A stretch of DNA of 64,000 bases, from the NCBI GenBank assembly GCA_035703635.1, contig DASSXV010000044.1:32001-96000 (forward strand), written 5' to 3'. Origin of the DNA: Trueperaceae bacterium (GTDB taxonomy: Bacteria > Deinococcota > Deinococci > Deinococcales > Trueperaceae). Both the position numbers and the translations under genes were made by a program. Below the pieces are notes generated by a model, which was not told where the DNA came from, did not search any database, and was given only the letters and a program-made list of their open reading frames with translations. Of the stretch, positions 47,937-56,287 are shown in pieces; position 1 is the first letter of the stretch; the number at the start of each line of letters is the position of its first letter.

Positions 47937-49640
47937 TCATGTCTGGAACACCCCGAGGCGCATCTGGCCGGGCTCGGCATCTAGTGCGCACGCTTCGAGG
48001 GCGCGCACTAGCCTGTGGCGCAGTTCCGAAGGGAGGATAACCTCATCGACCCATAGCCGCGCGGCGCCGTAGCGGATGTTGAGCGCCTCGTCGTAGTCGG
48101 CACTGATGCGGGCGTGTAGCTCAGCTAGCGCCGCGTCATCCGGCTTCTCGCCCAAGCGCTCGAGCCTCGCTGCTTGAATGTCGAGAATCGTCTTGGCCGC
48201 CTGCTGGCCGCCCATGACGCTGAAGCGTGCGCTTGGCAGCGCGAAGATGAAGCGCGGCGCGTACGCCTTGCCGCTCATCGCGTAATGCCCCGCACCGTAC
48301 GAGCCACCCAGGATGACGCTGATGCGCGGCACCACGCTGTTGCTCACCGCGCTGACTAGTTTGGCGCCGCGACGGATTATCCCCTCTTGCTCGCTGTCGC
48401 GGCCAACCATGAAGCCGTTGACGTCGTGCAGGAACAAGATGGGTACGCCCGTCTGATTGCAGTCGAGGACGAATCGGGCCGCTTTGTCGGCAGCGTCTGC
48501 ATAGATCACGCCGCCTACTTCCAGCCGCCCGCCACGCTTGATCACGAGTTTCTGGTTAGCGACTATGCCTACTGGGTAACCGCCAAGGCGGCCCCATCCC
48601 GTCACCAATGTTGGGCCGTAATCGCGCTTGTACTCGTCAAGCTCTGACCCGTCTAGTAGTCGGGCAAGCACGTGGCGGACGTCGTACGTCTGGGTTCCAC
48701 CGTCGACTGGGAGGATACCTTCGAGGTCGTCGTCACTCGCTAGCGGGGCAACGGGTGCCGTGCGGTGCCGGGCCCAAGGGGCCAGCGGCCGCTCCGCATA
48801 CGTTGCGGCTAGACGACGCAGGCGGGCGATGGCGTGGTGGTCGTCTGGCTCCTTGAAATCCACGGTGCCAGCCAGTTCGGCGTGCATGGCGGCGCCGCCA
48901 AGCTCCTCGCTGCTGACTTCCTGGCCGATGGCCGCGCGCACCAGAGCCGGCCCCGCCAGGTAGAGGCCGGAACCTTCCGTCATGACGAGGGTGTCGCACA
49001 TGACCGGCAAGTACGCGCCCCCAGCCACGCAGTTTCCCATGATGGCGGCGAGCTGTGGGATGCCGTGCGCGCTCATGCGGGCGTTCAGGTAGAACACGCG
49101 CCCGAAGTCGTCCTGATCTGGGAAGATCTCGTCTTGTAAGGGTAGGTAAACACCCGCGGAGTCGACCAGGTAGATGGTCGGTACGTGGTTCTCGAACGCT
49201 ATCGTCTGCGCCCTTATGACCTTCTTCGCGGTGATCGGGTAGAACGCTCCCGCCTTGACGGTGGCGTCGTTCGCGATGATCATCCACGGTCGCCCGACAA
49301 CTTGACCGATGCCGGTGACGACGCCACCCGCTGGGGCGCCGCCCTCCGCCTCGTACATGCTGGCGCCCGCGAAGATCATGAGCTCGTCGAACTCGCTGCC
49401 CTCGTCTGTCAGCTCCGCGATGCGCTCCCTGGCCGTCAAACGCTTCTTGGCGTGCTGCCTGGCAGCCGCCGCAGCGCCGCCGCCTAGTGCGATGGTGCGA
49501 CGCTGCTCTTCCACGAGTTCGCGTTCGACCCGCCACGCGCGCTTATTGGGGTGAAACGGGGCTTCGCGCCTGCTCTCCAGCGGCACGCCCGCGCCGAGCC
49601 GCGCTAAGTCGTCAAGTGACTTGCGCTTGGCGGCGCTCAC
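47937..49640 (-). CDS. Acyl-CoA carboxylase carboxyltransferase subunit (methylcrotonyl-CoA carboxylase beta-like)
   Basis: RLTARERI, ANDATVKAG, VDSAGVYLP, MGNCVAGGAY, GGSYGAGHY, ARLWVD. Confidence 0.92.
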   Translation of the reverse strand: MSAAKRKSLDDLARLGAGVPLESRREAPFHPNKRAWRVERELVEEQRRTIALGGGAAAAARQHAKKRLTARERIAELTDEGSEFDELMIFAGASMYEAEGGAPAGGVVTGIGQVVGRPWMIIANDATVKAGAFYPITAKKVIRAQTIAFENHVPTIYLVDSAGVYLPLQDEIFPDQDDFGRVFYLNARMSAHGIPQLAAIMGNCVAGGAYLPVMCDTLVMTEGSGLYLAGPALVRAAIGQEVSSEELGGAAMHAELAGTVDFKEPDDHHAIARLRRLAATYAERPLAPWARHRTAPVAPLASDDDLEGILPVDGGTQTYDVRHVLARLLDGSELDEYKRDYGPTLVTGWGRLGGYPVGIVANQKLVIKRGGRLEVGGVIYADAADKAARFVLDCNQTGVPILFLHDVNGFMVGRDSEQEGIIRRGAKLVSAVSNSVVPRISVILGGSYGAGHYAMSGKAYAPRFIFALPSARFSVMGGQQAAKTILDIQAARLERLGEKPDDAALAELHARISADYDEALNIRYGAARLWVDEVILPSELRHRLVRALEACALDAEPGQMRLGVFQT

Positions 49641-49945
49641 TTCGCTTGGGTCGCTAGCACCACCAACAGCCCACCGCCAGCGTTCTCGAGGGCGTGATCC
49701 TCTCCCGCCTCAATGGAGAGCAACTTGCCTTTGCCCAACCTAAGGGTTGCGTCGTCTACCCGCACAAGCGCCTCCCCCTCCAACACCTGGTATACGACGC
49801 TTGCGCTGGCGCTCCGAACGTCCTCCGCCTGCCCCGCCTCGAAGCAGATGAGTTCGACGGTGAGTCCGTCCTGGCTGATCAACGGTCGCCGCTGGACGCC
49901 TACGAGTGAGAAGCGGCGTGCGTCGCTTATGGTTACGGTCTTCAC
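49637..49945 (-). CDS. Cupin domain protein
   Basis: ELICFEAGQ, YQVLEGEA, GEDHALEN. GGGAGG SD. GTGA overlap with the carboxylase gene. Confidence 0.8.
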   Translation of the reverse strand: MKTVTISDARRFSLVGVQRRPLISQDGLTVELICFEAGQAEDVRSASASVVYQVLEGEALVRVDDATLRLGKGKLLSIEAGEDHALENAGGGLLVVLATQAK

Positions 49946-50012
49946 GTTGTCCTCCCAAGGGTCGGTAGTGCGGAACGCTGTAAAGCAAGCGTACATCGCG
50001 GCCGCCGCCGCA

Positions 50013-50230
50013 TGTGGAAAAGAGCGCGAGGACTGTGGATAACCGCAGACGCTTGACACGGGCGCGCCGAACTTGGTATGTGACTCACCCCACACTCCCA
50101 TATCGAGTAACACCGTCAGGGACGCAAGGACCGAGATTCTCCCGTCGCCATCGGACTGTCATGGAAGGGGCCCATGGGTGGTGTCAGCTTGTCCACAACC
50201 CTGTGGAGAACTAGTCGGCTTTGTGGATAA
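50013..50230. promoter_or_regulatory. Cluster of five DnaA boxes
   Basis: TGTGGAAAA 50013-21, TGTGGATAA 50034-42, TTGTCCACA 50189-97, TGTGGAGAA 50202-10, TGTGGATAA 50222-30. Two are perfect TTATCCACA boxes and three have one mismatch. Confidence 0.8.
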
Positions 50231-50274
50231 CTACGTTAGTGCGATGGTCACGGGAGGAGGAGCCAACCGCAGCG

Positions 50275-50955
50275 TCACCGGTCCAACCACTGACGGTTAG
50301 AGGCGCCGCGCGCCGCTTCGACGAACGCGTATACGGCGGCGGCATCCTTGACACCAGGGCGCGCTTCCACCCCGCTCGCCACATCTACCGCGTAAGGCCG
50401 TAACGTCCTCACTGCCACCGCTACGTTGCCTACGTTCAGACCTCCAGCGAGTATCAACCGTGGGTTGCCTCGCCAGGCGGCCGCCGTTTCCCACTCGAAC
50501 GCAACACCTGAACCTGGCCGCGGGGCATCGAGGAGGTACCCGTCAGCGGGGTAGGTGGCCATGCTCTCTGGCGTAACCGCCGGTGAGAACGCCACGGCGC
50601 GCACCACGCGGGCTTCGCGCCCGATCCGCTCGGCGTACTCTGCGCTCTCGTTGCCGTGGAGTTGCACTGCGTTCAAGCGCAGGACCTTAACTAGTTCAAG
50701 CACTTCTGCCAGATCGGCGTCGACGAACACCCCCACGCGCGTGATGAAAGGCCCGACAGCCGCCACCACCTCCGCCGCACCCTCGCGAGTGATCTGGCGT
50801 TTGGAGTCCGGGACGAATATCAACCCGATGGCGTCGGCCCCAGCGCGTTCCGCGACCTCGGCATCTTCAGGGCGCGTGATGCCACAGACCTTTATCCGTA
50901 CGTAACTGCGTCCGGCCTGACCGACCATCCTGGCCTTCCGTGGCGGCAAGTTCAT
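50275..50955 (-). CDS. trpF: Phosphoribosylanthranilate isomerase
   Basis: KVCGIT, GADAIG, VGVF, VQLHG, LAGGL, VDVASGVE, PGVKD. Start uncertain (50958, 50955 or 50928). Confidence 0.95.
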   Translation of the reverse strand: MNLPPRKARMVGQAGRSYVRIKVCGITRPEDAEVAERAGADAIGLIFVPDSKRQITREGAAEVVAAVGPFITRVGVFVDADLAEVLELVKVLRLNAVQLHGNESAEYAERIGREARVVRAVAFSPAVTPESMATYPADGYLLDAPRPGSGVAFEWETAAAWRGNPRLILAGGLNVGNVAVAVRTLRPYAVDVASGVEARPGVKDAAAVYAFVEAARGASNRQWLDR

Positions 50956-51314
50956 CACCCGATGTCCTTGCTGTGCTCTAGTCGATAGGAGCGCTCGTCG
51001 CCGAGGATAGTCACTGCGTCGAACCGCAAGTTAGCGTCCGGCTGGCGCAGGACATAGGTAACGTAATGAAGCGCCGTCTGTTGCACGCGCTTGAGCTTAC
51101 GGGCATCGAGCACTTCGGCAGGGTGGCCGTAGCGCGCGTCCTTGCGTTGCTTCACTTCTAGAACGACGACGGTGCTGCCTTCAAGCATCACCAAGTCTAG
51201 TTCTCCGCCCCTAAGGCGATAGTTGCTCGCCAGGTGCCTCAGGCCGCGGCCCTCTAAGTGGGCGCGGGCGACCCGCTCGGCCCAGTGGGGCGAGTGGGTG
51301 CGCGCGTCCTCCAT
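50955..51314 (-). CDS. yraN: YraN/UPF0102 family endonuclease-like protein
   Basis: AE..A, NYR..GGELDLV, EVKQR, RFDAV. Confidence 0.9.
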   Translation of the reverse strand: MEDARTHSPHWAERVARAHLEGRGLRHLASNYRLRGGELDLVMLEGSTVVVLEVKQRKDARYGHPAEVLDARKLKRVQQTALHYVTYVLRQPDANLRFDAVTILGDERSYRLEHSKDIG

Positions 51315-51811
51315 CAGATCGGCGTTACTTCCACGCGTTGAGCGTCTGCCCAGAGGCCTTCGAGGTCGTAGAAGTCCCTAGCTTCCGGGCTCATGAGGTG
51401 CACGACGACGGGACCGTAATCGAGGAGAACCCAACGGTCAGACGGACCCTCAACCCCGCGAGGGAGCCTGCCTTCCAGCTTCTGCTGGTAGTGAACGGAC
51501 TCCTCGAGCGCCCGGAGTTGCAGGCTGGATTCGCCCGTGGCGACGATGAAGCAGTCGAGCGATTCGGATACGCCGCGCAGGTCAAGCACGACGACGTCAA
51601 CGGCGCGCCTGTCGTCAAGGACGTTGACGATGCTCTGAACGCCCTCCGGCAAGTCGGCGATAGTCGATGGAGCCGCCTGGGTTATGGCGCTCTGCGTTAC
51701 GACTTCATTGTTTTCGCTTCGGTCAGTAGTCAAGGTGAATTCCTTCTGCGGTTGCCCGCCAGCCTGGCGGTTGTCCGCCATCCTGGCGGTGTCCGCCACG
51801 CCTGTCTTCAT
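51314..51811 (-). CDS. rsfS: Ribosome silencing factor RsfS (iojap) with N-terminal extension
   Basis: DVVVLDL, WVLLDYG.VVVH, RDFYDLEGLWAD. Start uncertain. Confidence 0.93.
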   Translation of the reverse strand: MKTGVADTARMADNRQAGGQPQKEFTLTTDRSENNEVVTQSAITQAAPSTIADLPEGVQSIVNVLDDRRAVDVVVLDLRGVSESLDCFIVATGESSLQLRALEESVHYQQKLEGRLPRGVEGPSDRWVLLDYGPVVVHLMSPEARDFYDLEGLWADAQRVEVTPI

Positions 51812-53103
51812 TCGGCCGTGCCTGCTTGCGCCACGGTGTGGTCGGTTGTGAGAGCCGTGCGCGCCATGGCGTCGGCGCCGAGCACGAGTTCTAGGTTGAC
51901 GGTGCGCCGTTGCACCGTGTTGAAACGGTCGATCTGCTGCTTACCTACGTTCAATAGGCTTGCGAAGTAGTCAGCGTCTTGCCACGAGTCCAGGGTAGCT
52001 AGAAGCCGCGTTGGGGTAGCGTCTACGTCGCCAGAGCGGACGATGACGTTGGCGGCAGGCACACCTAACGCCACGAGATTGTGTTGGTACCAGTCGAGCG
52101 CCCCAGGCACGCCGCTGTGGTCGGTGATCAGGATGGTGAGTTCCGGGGCGGTCGTGAACTCTCTGGCAACGCCGCCGAACGTCGCTGCCATGAAAGCGTT
52201 CACCGTCGCTGGGTCGTACTCGACGGCTCCACGGACCACGAGGCTATCCACGTTGGGCAGGGTGGCCGTCGTCGTTAGCTCCAGCGCGTTCATCCGTAGC
52301 CCGAGTTCGCGAGCGAGGGCCGGGCTGGCGTTCGTTTCAACGTCCTTGAAGAAAGTGTCGACGAGCTCTGGGAGCTTGACGACAGCGCGAACGTTCAACT
52401 CCTTGATGCGTTGCAGCAAGGCGTACGCGAGGCGCTTCACGTTATCCAACCGGTCGATGTCGCCCCTGAGCGAGTGGCGGAACCGGATGAACTCGCTAGC
52501 TGCCTTGCCGTCCATCTGCTGCGGGCCTGCCTTGAAGTGAATGTGCAGCTTGCCAACGTTGTCGTCGTAATCCATGTTGTACGGCACGTCGACTTCGACG
52601 CCGCCTAGTGCGTCAACCAGGTTCTGGAACACGTCGAGCTTCACGATGACGTAGTAATCGATGGGCACGCCGAGGACGGTCTCGACTTGCTTCAGGAGGC
52701 CCTCTGCGCCAGAACGCTGGTAGATGGTGTTTATGCGGCGCTGATCGGCGACCAACAAGTCGCGTGGCACGGCGATGACGGAGATAGCGTCACCGTGCAC
52801 GTCGACGTACAGGATGGTATCGGTGCTGGCGCCGTCCGTCCCGCGGAAGCCGCTGAAGTTCCAACCTTTGATCGTGCCGTCCTGGCGGTAGATGGGTACG
52901 GAAGGGCTGTCGTCGTACACGATGTCACGGCCGGCGACAACGAAGCTCGCATGGAACTCGTTCGGTTGCAGCCCTAGAAGCTTGCGGTGGTCGTCGCTTA
53001 GGACCTTGCGGTCGACGTCACGCGTTAACCAGAAACCGACTAGGCCGGCCAGCGCCACGAGGACGCCGAGTAGGGTTACGAGGCGCGAGGTGCGGCGCGT
53101 CAT
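51808..53103 (-). CDS. LCP (LytR-CpsA-Psr) family protein
   Basis: N-terminal TM, TDTI, VPRD, VDALGGVEV, FIRFRH..GDIDR, LytR_C-like tail. Confidence 0.9.
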   Translation of the reverse strand: MTRRTSRLVTLLGVLVALAGLVGFWLTRDVDRKVLSDDHRKLLGLQPNEFHASFVVAGRDIVYDDSPSVPIYRQDGTIKGWNFSGFRGTDGASTDTILYVDVHGDAISVIAVPRDLLVADQRRINTIYQRSGAEGLLKQVETVLGVPIDYYVIVKLDVFQNLVDALGGVEVDVPYNMDYDDNVGKLHIHFKAGPQQMDGKAASEFIRFRHSLRGDIDRLDNVKRLAYALLQRIKELNVRAVVKLPELVDTFFKDVETNASPALARELGLRMNALELTTTATLPNVDSLVVRGAVEYDPATVNAFMAATFGGVAREFTTAPELTILITDHSGVPGALDWYQHNLVALGVPAANVIVRSGDVDATPTRLLATLDSWQDADYFASLLNVGKQQIDRFNTVQRRTVNLELVLGADAMARTALTTDHTVAQAGTAE

Positions 53104-53738
53104 GTTGGCTCCGCGTTGAGGCTGTGAAAGACGCTGAGGGTGTCCGGGTGGATGGCCTTGCCCGCGTCCCGCAGGTACTCGACCTTGGATGCGACCGCGC
53201 GCCGGTAGGCCGACTCGAGGTCGTGCATGGCCAGCTCGCGGAGGTCATCATTGACGCCACGGCCGGGTTCACAGACGTCTGCGACGTACACGCACATGCC
53301 AACACGGTGCCCTAGCGGAACCCCGAAGACGTGACCATCGATGGCCTCGAGGACTACCTGGTCGGTCACACCCCATGTTGCCGCCAACTGCTTGCTAGCA
53401 CGACCGTGGAGGGTAAGGGGGTGGCTGGCCTCGAACTCGTCTACCGGCTGACCCAACCGCAATAGCTCCTCATCAGGCAAGTCTCTGGCGGCGTCATGCA
53501 GGATGGCAGCCAACGCGATCCGATCACGATCGACCTGCGACAGCCCGTTTGCCTCCGCGATGGCAACAGCGGTTTCCGTCACGCGCTCGATGTGACCGAA
53601 GCGCTCGGCGCTGACGAGTTCGCGCACGTGGCTGCAGTATGGCGCCAGTTCGGCAGAGGCGCACACGCCTTGGTGCAGCTGGTCAGCGTTGCCGCTTTCC
53701 GAATGGTGCTGTGGTTGTCTAGCCGTCTCTTTGGTCAT
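53100..53738 (-). CDS. yqeK: HD-domain Ap4A hydrolase YqeK
   Basis: RFGH, AAILHD, LHG, VADVCEPGR, in conserved context before LCP-rsfS. Confidence 0.88.
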   Translation of the reverse strand: MTKETARQPQHHSESGNADQLHQGVCASAELAPYCSHVRELVSAERFGHIERVTETAVAIAEANGLSQVDRDRIALAAILHDAARDLPDEELLRLGQPVDEFEASHPLTLHGRASKQLAATWGVTDQVVLEAIDGHVFGVPLGHRVGMCVYVADVCEPGRGVNDDLRELAMHDLESAYRRAVASKVEYLRDAGKAIHPDTLSVFHSLNAEPT

Positions 53739-53837
53739 GGTGGTGATAGTCGACCGACTGGCGATGTTGCCCGAAGGGGTACCTAACTCTCCTCCCAAGC
53801 CGCCGCGCTGCGGCGCTGAGGAAAAGTTAGCACGCGC

Positions 53838-55295
53838 TTAAGGCTCCCCCGAGTCGTCCTCGGCAATTACCGAGTCGTTCTCGGCAGCTGCCCACTCATC
53901 CTCGGCTCCTGCCGCCTGACCCTCGGCGGCAACTTCGCTGTCCGAGCCGCCTTCGTCATCGCCCGCGGCGCGCGCCCGGTCGTCGAGATAGCGCTTGCCG
54001 GCGCGTTCGGCGTCCGTTTGGGTCGGGGTCGAAGTGTCTGCAGCGGTGTCATCGAAGTAGTCGAACACGGCCGCGCCGATCTGGACCTCCTCACCGGACT
54101 GCACGCCCGCACGCTTCAACAACTGGTAGAGACCGTGGTTCCTGAAGTGGTATTGCAGGTACGCAACGGCTTCAGGGTTGACGGCGTCGAAGCGCGCAAC
54201 GACCTCCTCGAGTTCACTGCCTGTCACGATCCAGCCGTTGCCCGTCATGTCGCGCCTGATCTCGATCGGCGTTACCTGCACGCGCCGCGGCCCCATCCCC
54301 GTCACTGGCTTCGGGCGCGGTGGGAGGAGCACGAACAGGGTGGCGCGCAACGCTTCGACGCCCGAGCCCTCAAGAGCTGAGATGGCAACCAACGGCAAGC
54401 CAGCCGTGGCAAGCTCCCGCTCCTTGACCGCCAACTCGTCGGCGTCCACCAGATCGGTCTTGTTCAACACGATCAGTGCAGGGCGTTCGAGCAGCTCGGG
54501 GTCGTACTCGCGCAGTTCGAGGCGCAAAGCGTCAAGGGTGGCCAATGGCTCGTCCGCAACGTCCAGCACGTAAACGAGCAGGCGAGTACGGGAGATGTGC
54601 CTGAGGAACTCGAGACCAAGGCCCTTACCCTTGTGGGCGTCCTCGATGATGCCGGGGATGTCGGCCATCGTGAAGCGCTGCATGTCCAGGTCGACGACGC
54701 CGAGGTTCGGGCTGAGGGTAGTGAAGGGGTAAGAAGCGATCACCGGCCGCGAGTTCGACAACACGGCGAGGAGGCTCGACTTGCCCGCGTTAGGGTAGCC
54801 GACGAGGCCGACATCCGCGATAGTCCTAAGTTCTAGGCGCAGCAGGCGCGACTCACCGAGCGTGCCCTTCTCCGAGAAGCGCGGCGCGCGACGTGTGGAG
54901 TGAGCGAAAGCCGCGTTACCGCGTCCGCCGACGCCACCTGCGGCGACGACAGCCGTCTGCCCAACTTCGATCAGGTCGGCGATGAGCTCGCCAGTCGCGA
55001 CGTCCGTTGCCATCGTGCCGACCGGCACGTCGACGTACAGGTCCTCGCCGCTGAGGCCCGCCTTGTTGCGCCCCTCACCCTGCTTGCCTACCTGTGCGCG
55101 GAACTGCGTGCGCCCGACGAGCTTCGAAAGCGACGTGATGTCGTCGACCGCACGCAGGTAGATGGAGCCACCGCGACCGCCGTGACCGCCGTCCGGACCG
55201 CCCTTGGGTATGTACTTGAGGCGCATGAAGGAGAGGCCGCCATCGCCGCCTTTTCCTCCCTGAACCTGGATGTCGAGCACGTCACGGAAAGCCAT
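53838..55295 (-). CDS. obgE: GTPase Obg/CgtA
   Basis: Gly-rich Obg fold, [29 protein letters not shown] domain and an acidic tail. Confidence 0.97.
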   Translation of the reverse strand: MAFRDVLDIQVQGGKGGDGGLSFMRLKYIPKGGPDGGHGGRGGSIYLRAVDDITSLSKLVGRTQFRAQVGKQGEGRNKAGLSGEDLYVDVPVGTMATDVATGELIADLIEVGQTAVVAAGGVGGRGNAAFAHSTRRAPRFSEKGTLGESRLLRLELRTIADVGLVGYPNAGKSSLLAVLSNSRPVIASYPFTTLSPNLGVVDLDMQRFTMADIPGIIEDAHKGKGLGLEFLRHISRTRLLVYVLDVADEPLATLDALRLELREYDPELLERPALIVLNKTDLVDADELAVKERELATAGLPLVAISALEGSGVEALRATLFVLLPPRPKPVTGMGPRRVQVTPIEIRRDMTGNGWIVTGSELEEVVARFDAVNPEAVAYLQYHFRNHGLYQLLKRAGVQSGEEVQIGAAVFDYFDDTAADTSTPTQTDAERAGKRYLDDRARAAGDDEGGSDSEVAAEGQAAGAEDEWAAAENDSVIAEDDSGEP

Positions 55296-55313
55296 TCAGT
55301 ATCGCCCTAACGA

Positions 55314-55341
55314 GAACGCGGCCCCACCAGGAGCCGCGTTC
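55314..55341 (-). terminator. Stem-loop between rpmA and obgE
   Basis: Minus-strand RNA GAACGCGGCUCC-UGGU-GGGGCCGCGUUC (12 bp including one G-U) followed by UCGUU. Confidence 0.5.
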
Positions 55342-55419
55342 GAGAATGTCCGGTGAGTCTGCCAGCCGCCGCGCGCGTCCAGCGCGAAAACAGGGCGCCG
55401 CTCGCGCAAGGCTGAGAGA

Positions 55420-55695
55420 TCAGTCGGCTGCGACCGCTTCGACAGCAGTCTCAATGCTGATGAAGCGGCCCTTGTCGCCTTTGTTGTGGAAGCGTACGAC
55501 CCCGTCGCGGAGTGCGAAGAGCGTGAAATCAGAGCCAAGACCGACGTTGCGGCCAGGGTGAAAGCGCGTGCCGCGCTGGCGAACGAGGATGTTGCCCGCG
55601 AGAACGACCTGACCATCGAAACGCTTGACGCCGAGGCGCTGGGAGTTGGAGTCGCGTCCGTTGCGAGTGCTACCGACGCCTTTCTTGTGAGCCAT
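55420..55695 (-). CDS. rpmA: 50S ribosomal protein L27
   Basis: [26 protein letters not shown]. Confidence 0.99.
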   Translation of the reverse strand: MAHKKGVGSTRNGRDSNSQRLGVKRFDGQVVLAGNILVRQRGTRFHPGRNVGLGSDFTLFALRDGVVRFHNKGDKGRFISIETAVEAVAAD

Positions 55696-55713
55696 CTGCT
55701 TCTCCTAGTTGCC

Positions 55714-56019
55714 TCAGCCGCGGATGCTGGTGATCCGCACGCTGGTGAACTCTTGCCTGTGGCCGATGTGGCGGCGATAGTTCGCCTTGGCCTTGAACTT
55801 GTAGATATGAATCTTCTCGCCGCGGCCGTGCCCGATGACTTCGGCCTGCACGCTAGCGCCGTCCACGTGAGGAGCACCCACCTTGACGGCCTCGCCGCCG
55901 ACTAGCAGCACCGGCAGTTCAAGGGTGGCGCCCGGCTCCGCGGCGACCTTCTCGACCCTTAGCACGTCGCCTTCGGCCACGCGGTACTGCTTGCCGCCCG
56001 CTTCAACAATTGCGAACAT
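55714..56019 (-). CDS. rplU: 50S ribosomal protein L21
   Basis: MFAIVEAGGKQYRV, GHRQEFT. GGAGG SD. Confidence 0.98.
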   Translation of the reverse strand: MFAIVEAGGKQYRVAEGDVLRVEKVAAEPGATLELPVLLVGGEAVKVGAPHVDGASVQAEVIGHGRGEKIHIYKFKAKANYRRHIGHRQEFTSVRITSIRG

Positions 56020-56132
56020 CTTCCGACCTCCGGTGCCCGACCTCGTGCGCCTGACGGCACCAATGTCAGCCCTAATGGGCACACTGCGCTCAGGACTCGC
56101 CTCCTGTGAGCCGGTCCGAGCGTCGAACACAG

Positions 56133-56162
56133 AGTATAGACGAGAAGACCGTCAACATACAA
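56133..56162 (-). promoter_or_regulatory. Putative rplU operon promoter
   Basis: TTGTAT-18 nt-TATACT on the minus strand. Confidence 0.6.
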
Positions 56163-56287
56163 CTAGTCGCAGGGGCGCAGGCTATTGGGTCTGGGCACCA
56201 GCCTACTCTGAGTAGGCGCGCGCCTAGCTCCCCTAGTCCATCGCCGCTGGTCTCACATGTGCGGGGCTGCTAGCATCGCCACCTGAT

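Noticed and set aside
50013..50230. Calling the DnaA-box cluster oriC
   Set aside because: No dnaA/dnaN, no AT-rich unwinding region, and flanking genes on both sides are on the minus strand. Reported only as a box cluster.
55296..55877. 193-aa ORF overlapping rplU/rpmA, whose stop directly abuts the obgE start
   Set aside because: Ser/Ala-rich off-frame translation of ribosomal protein genes with no SD or motif.
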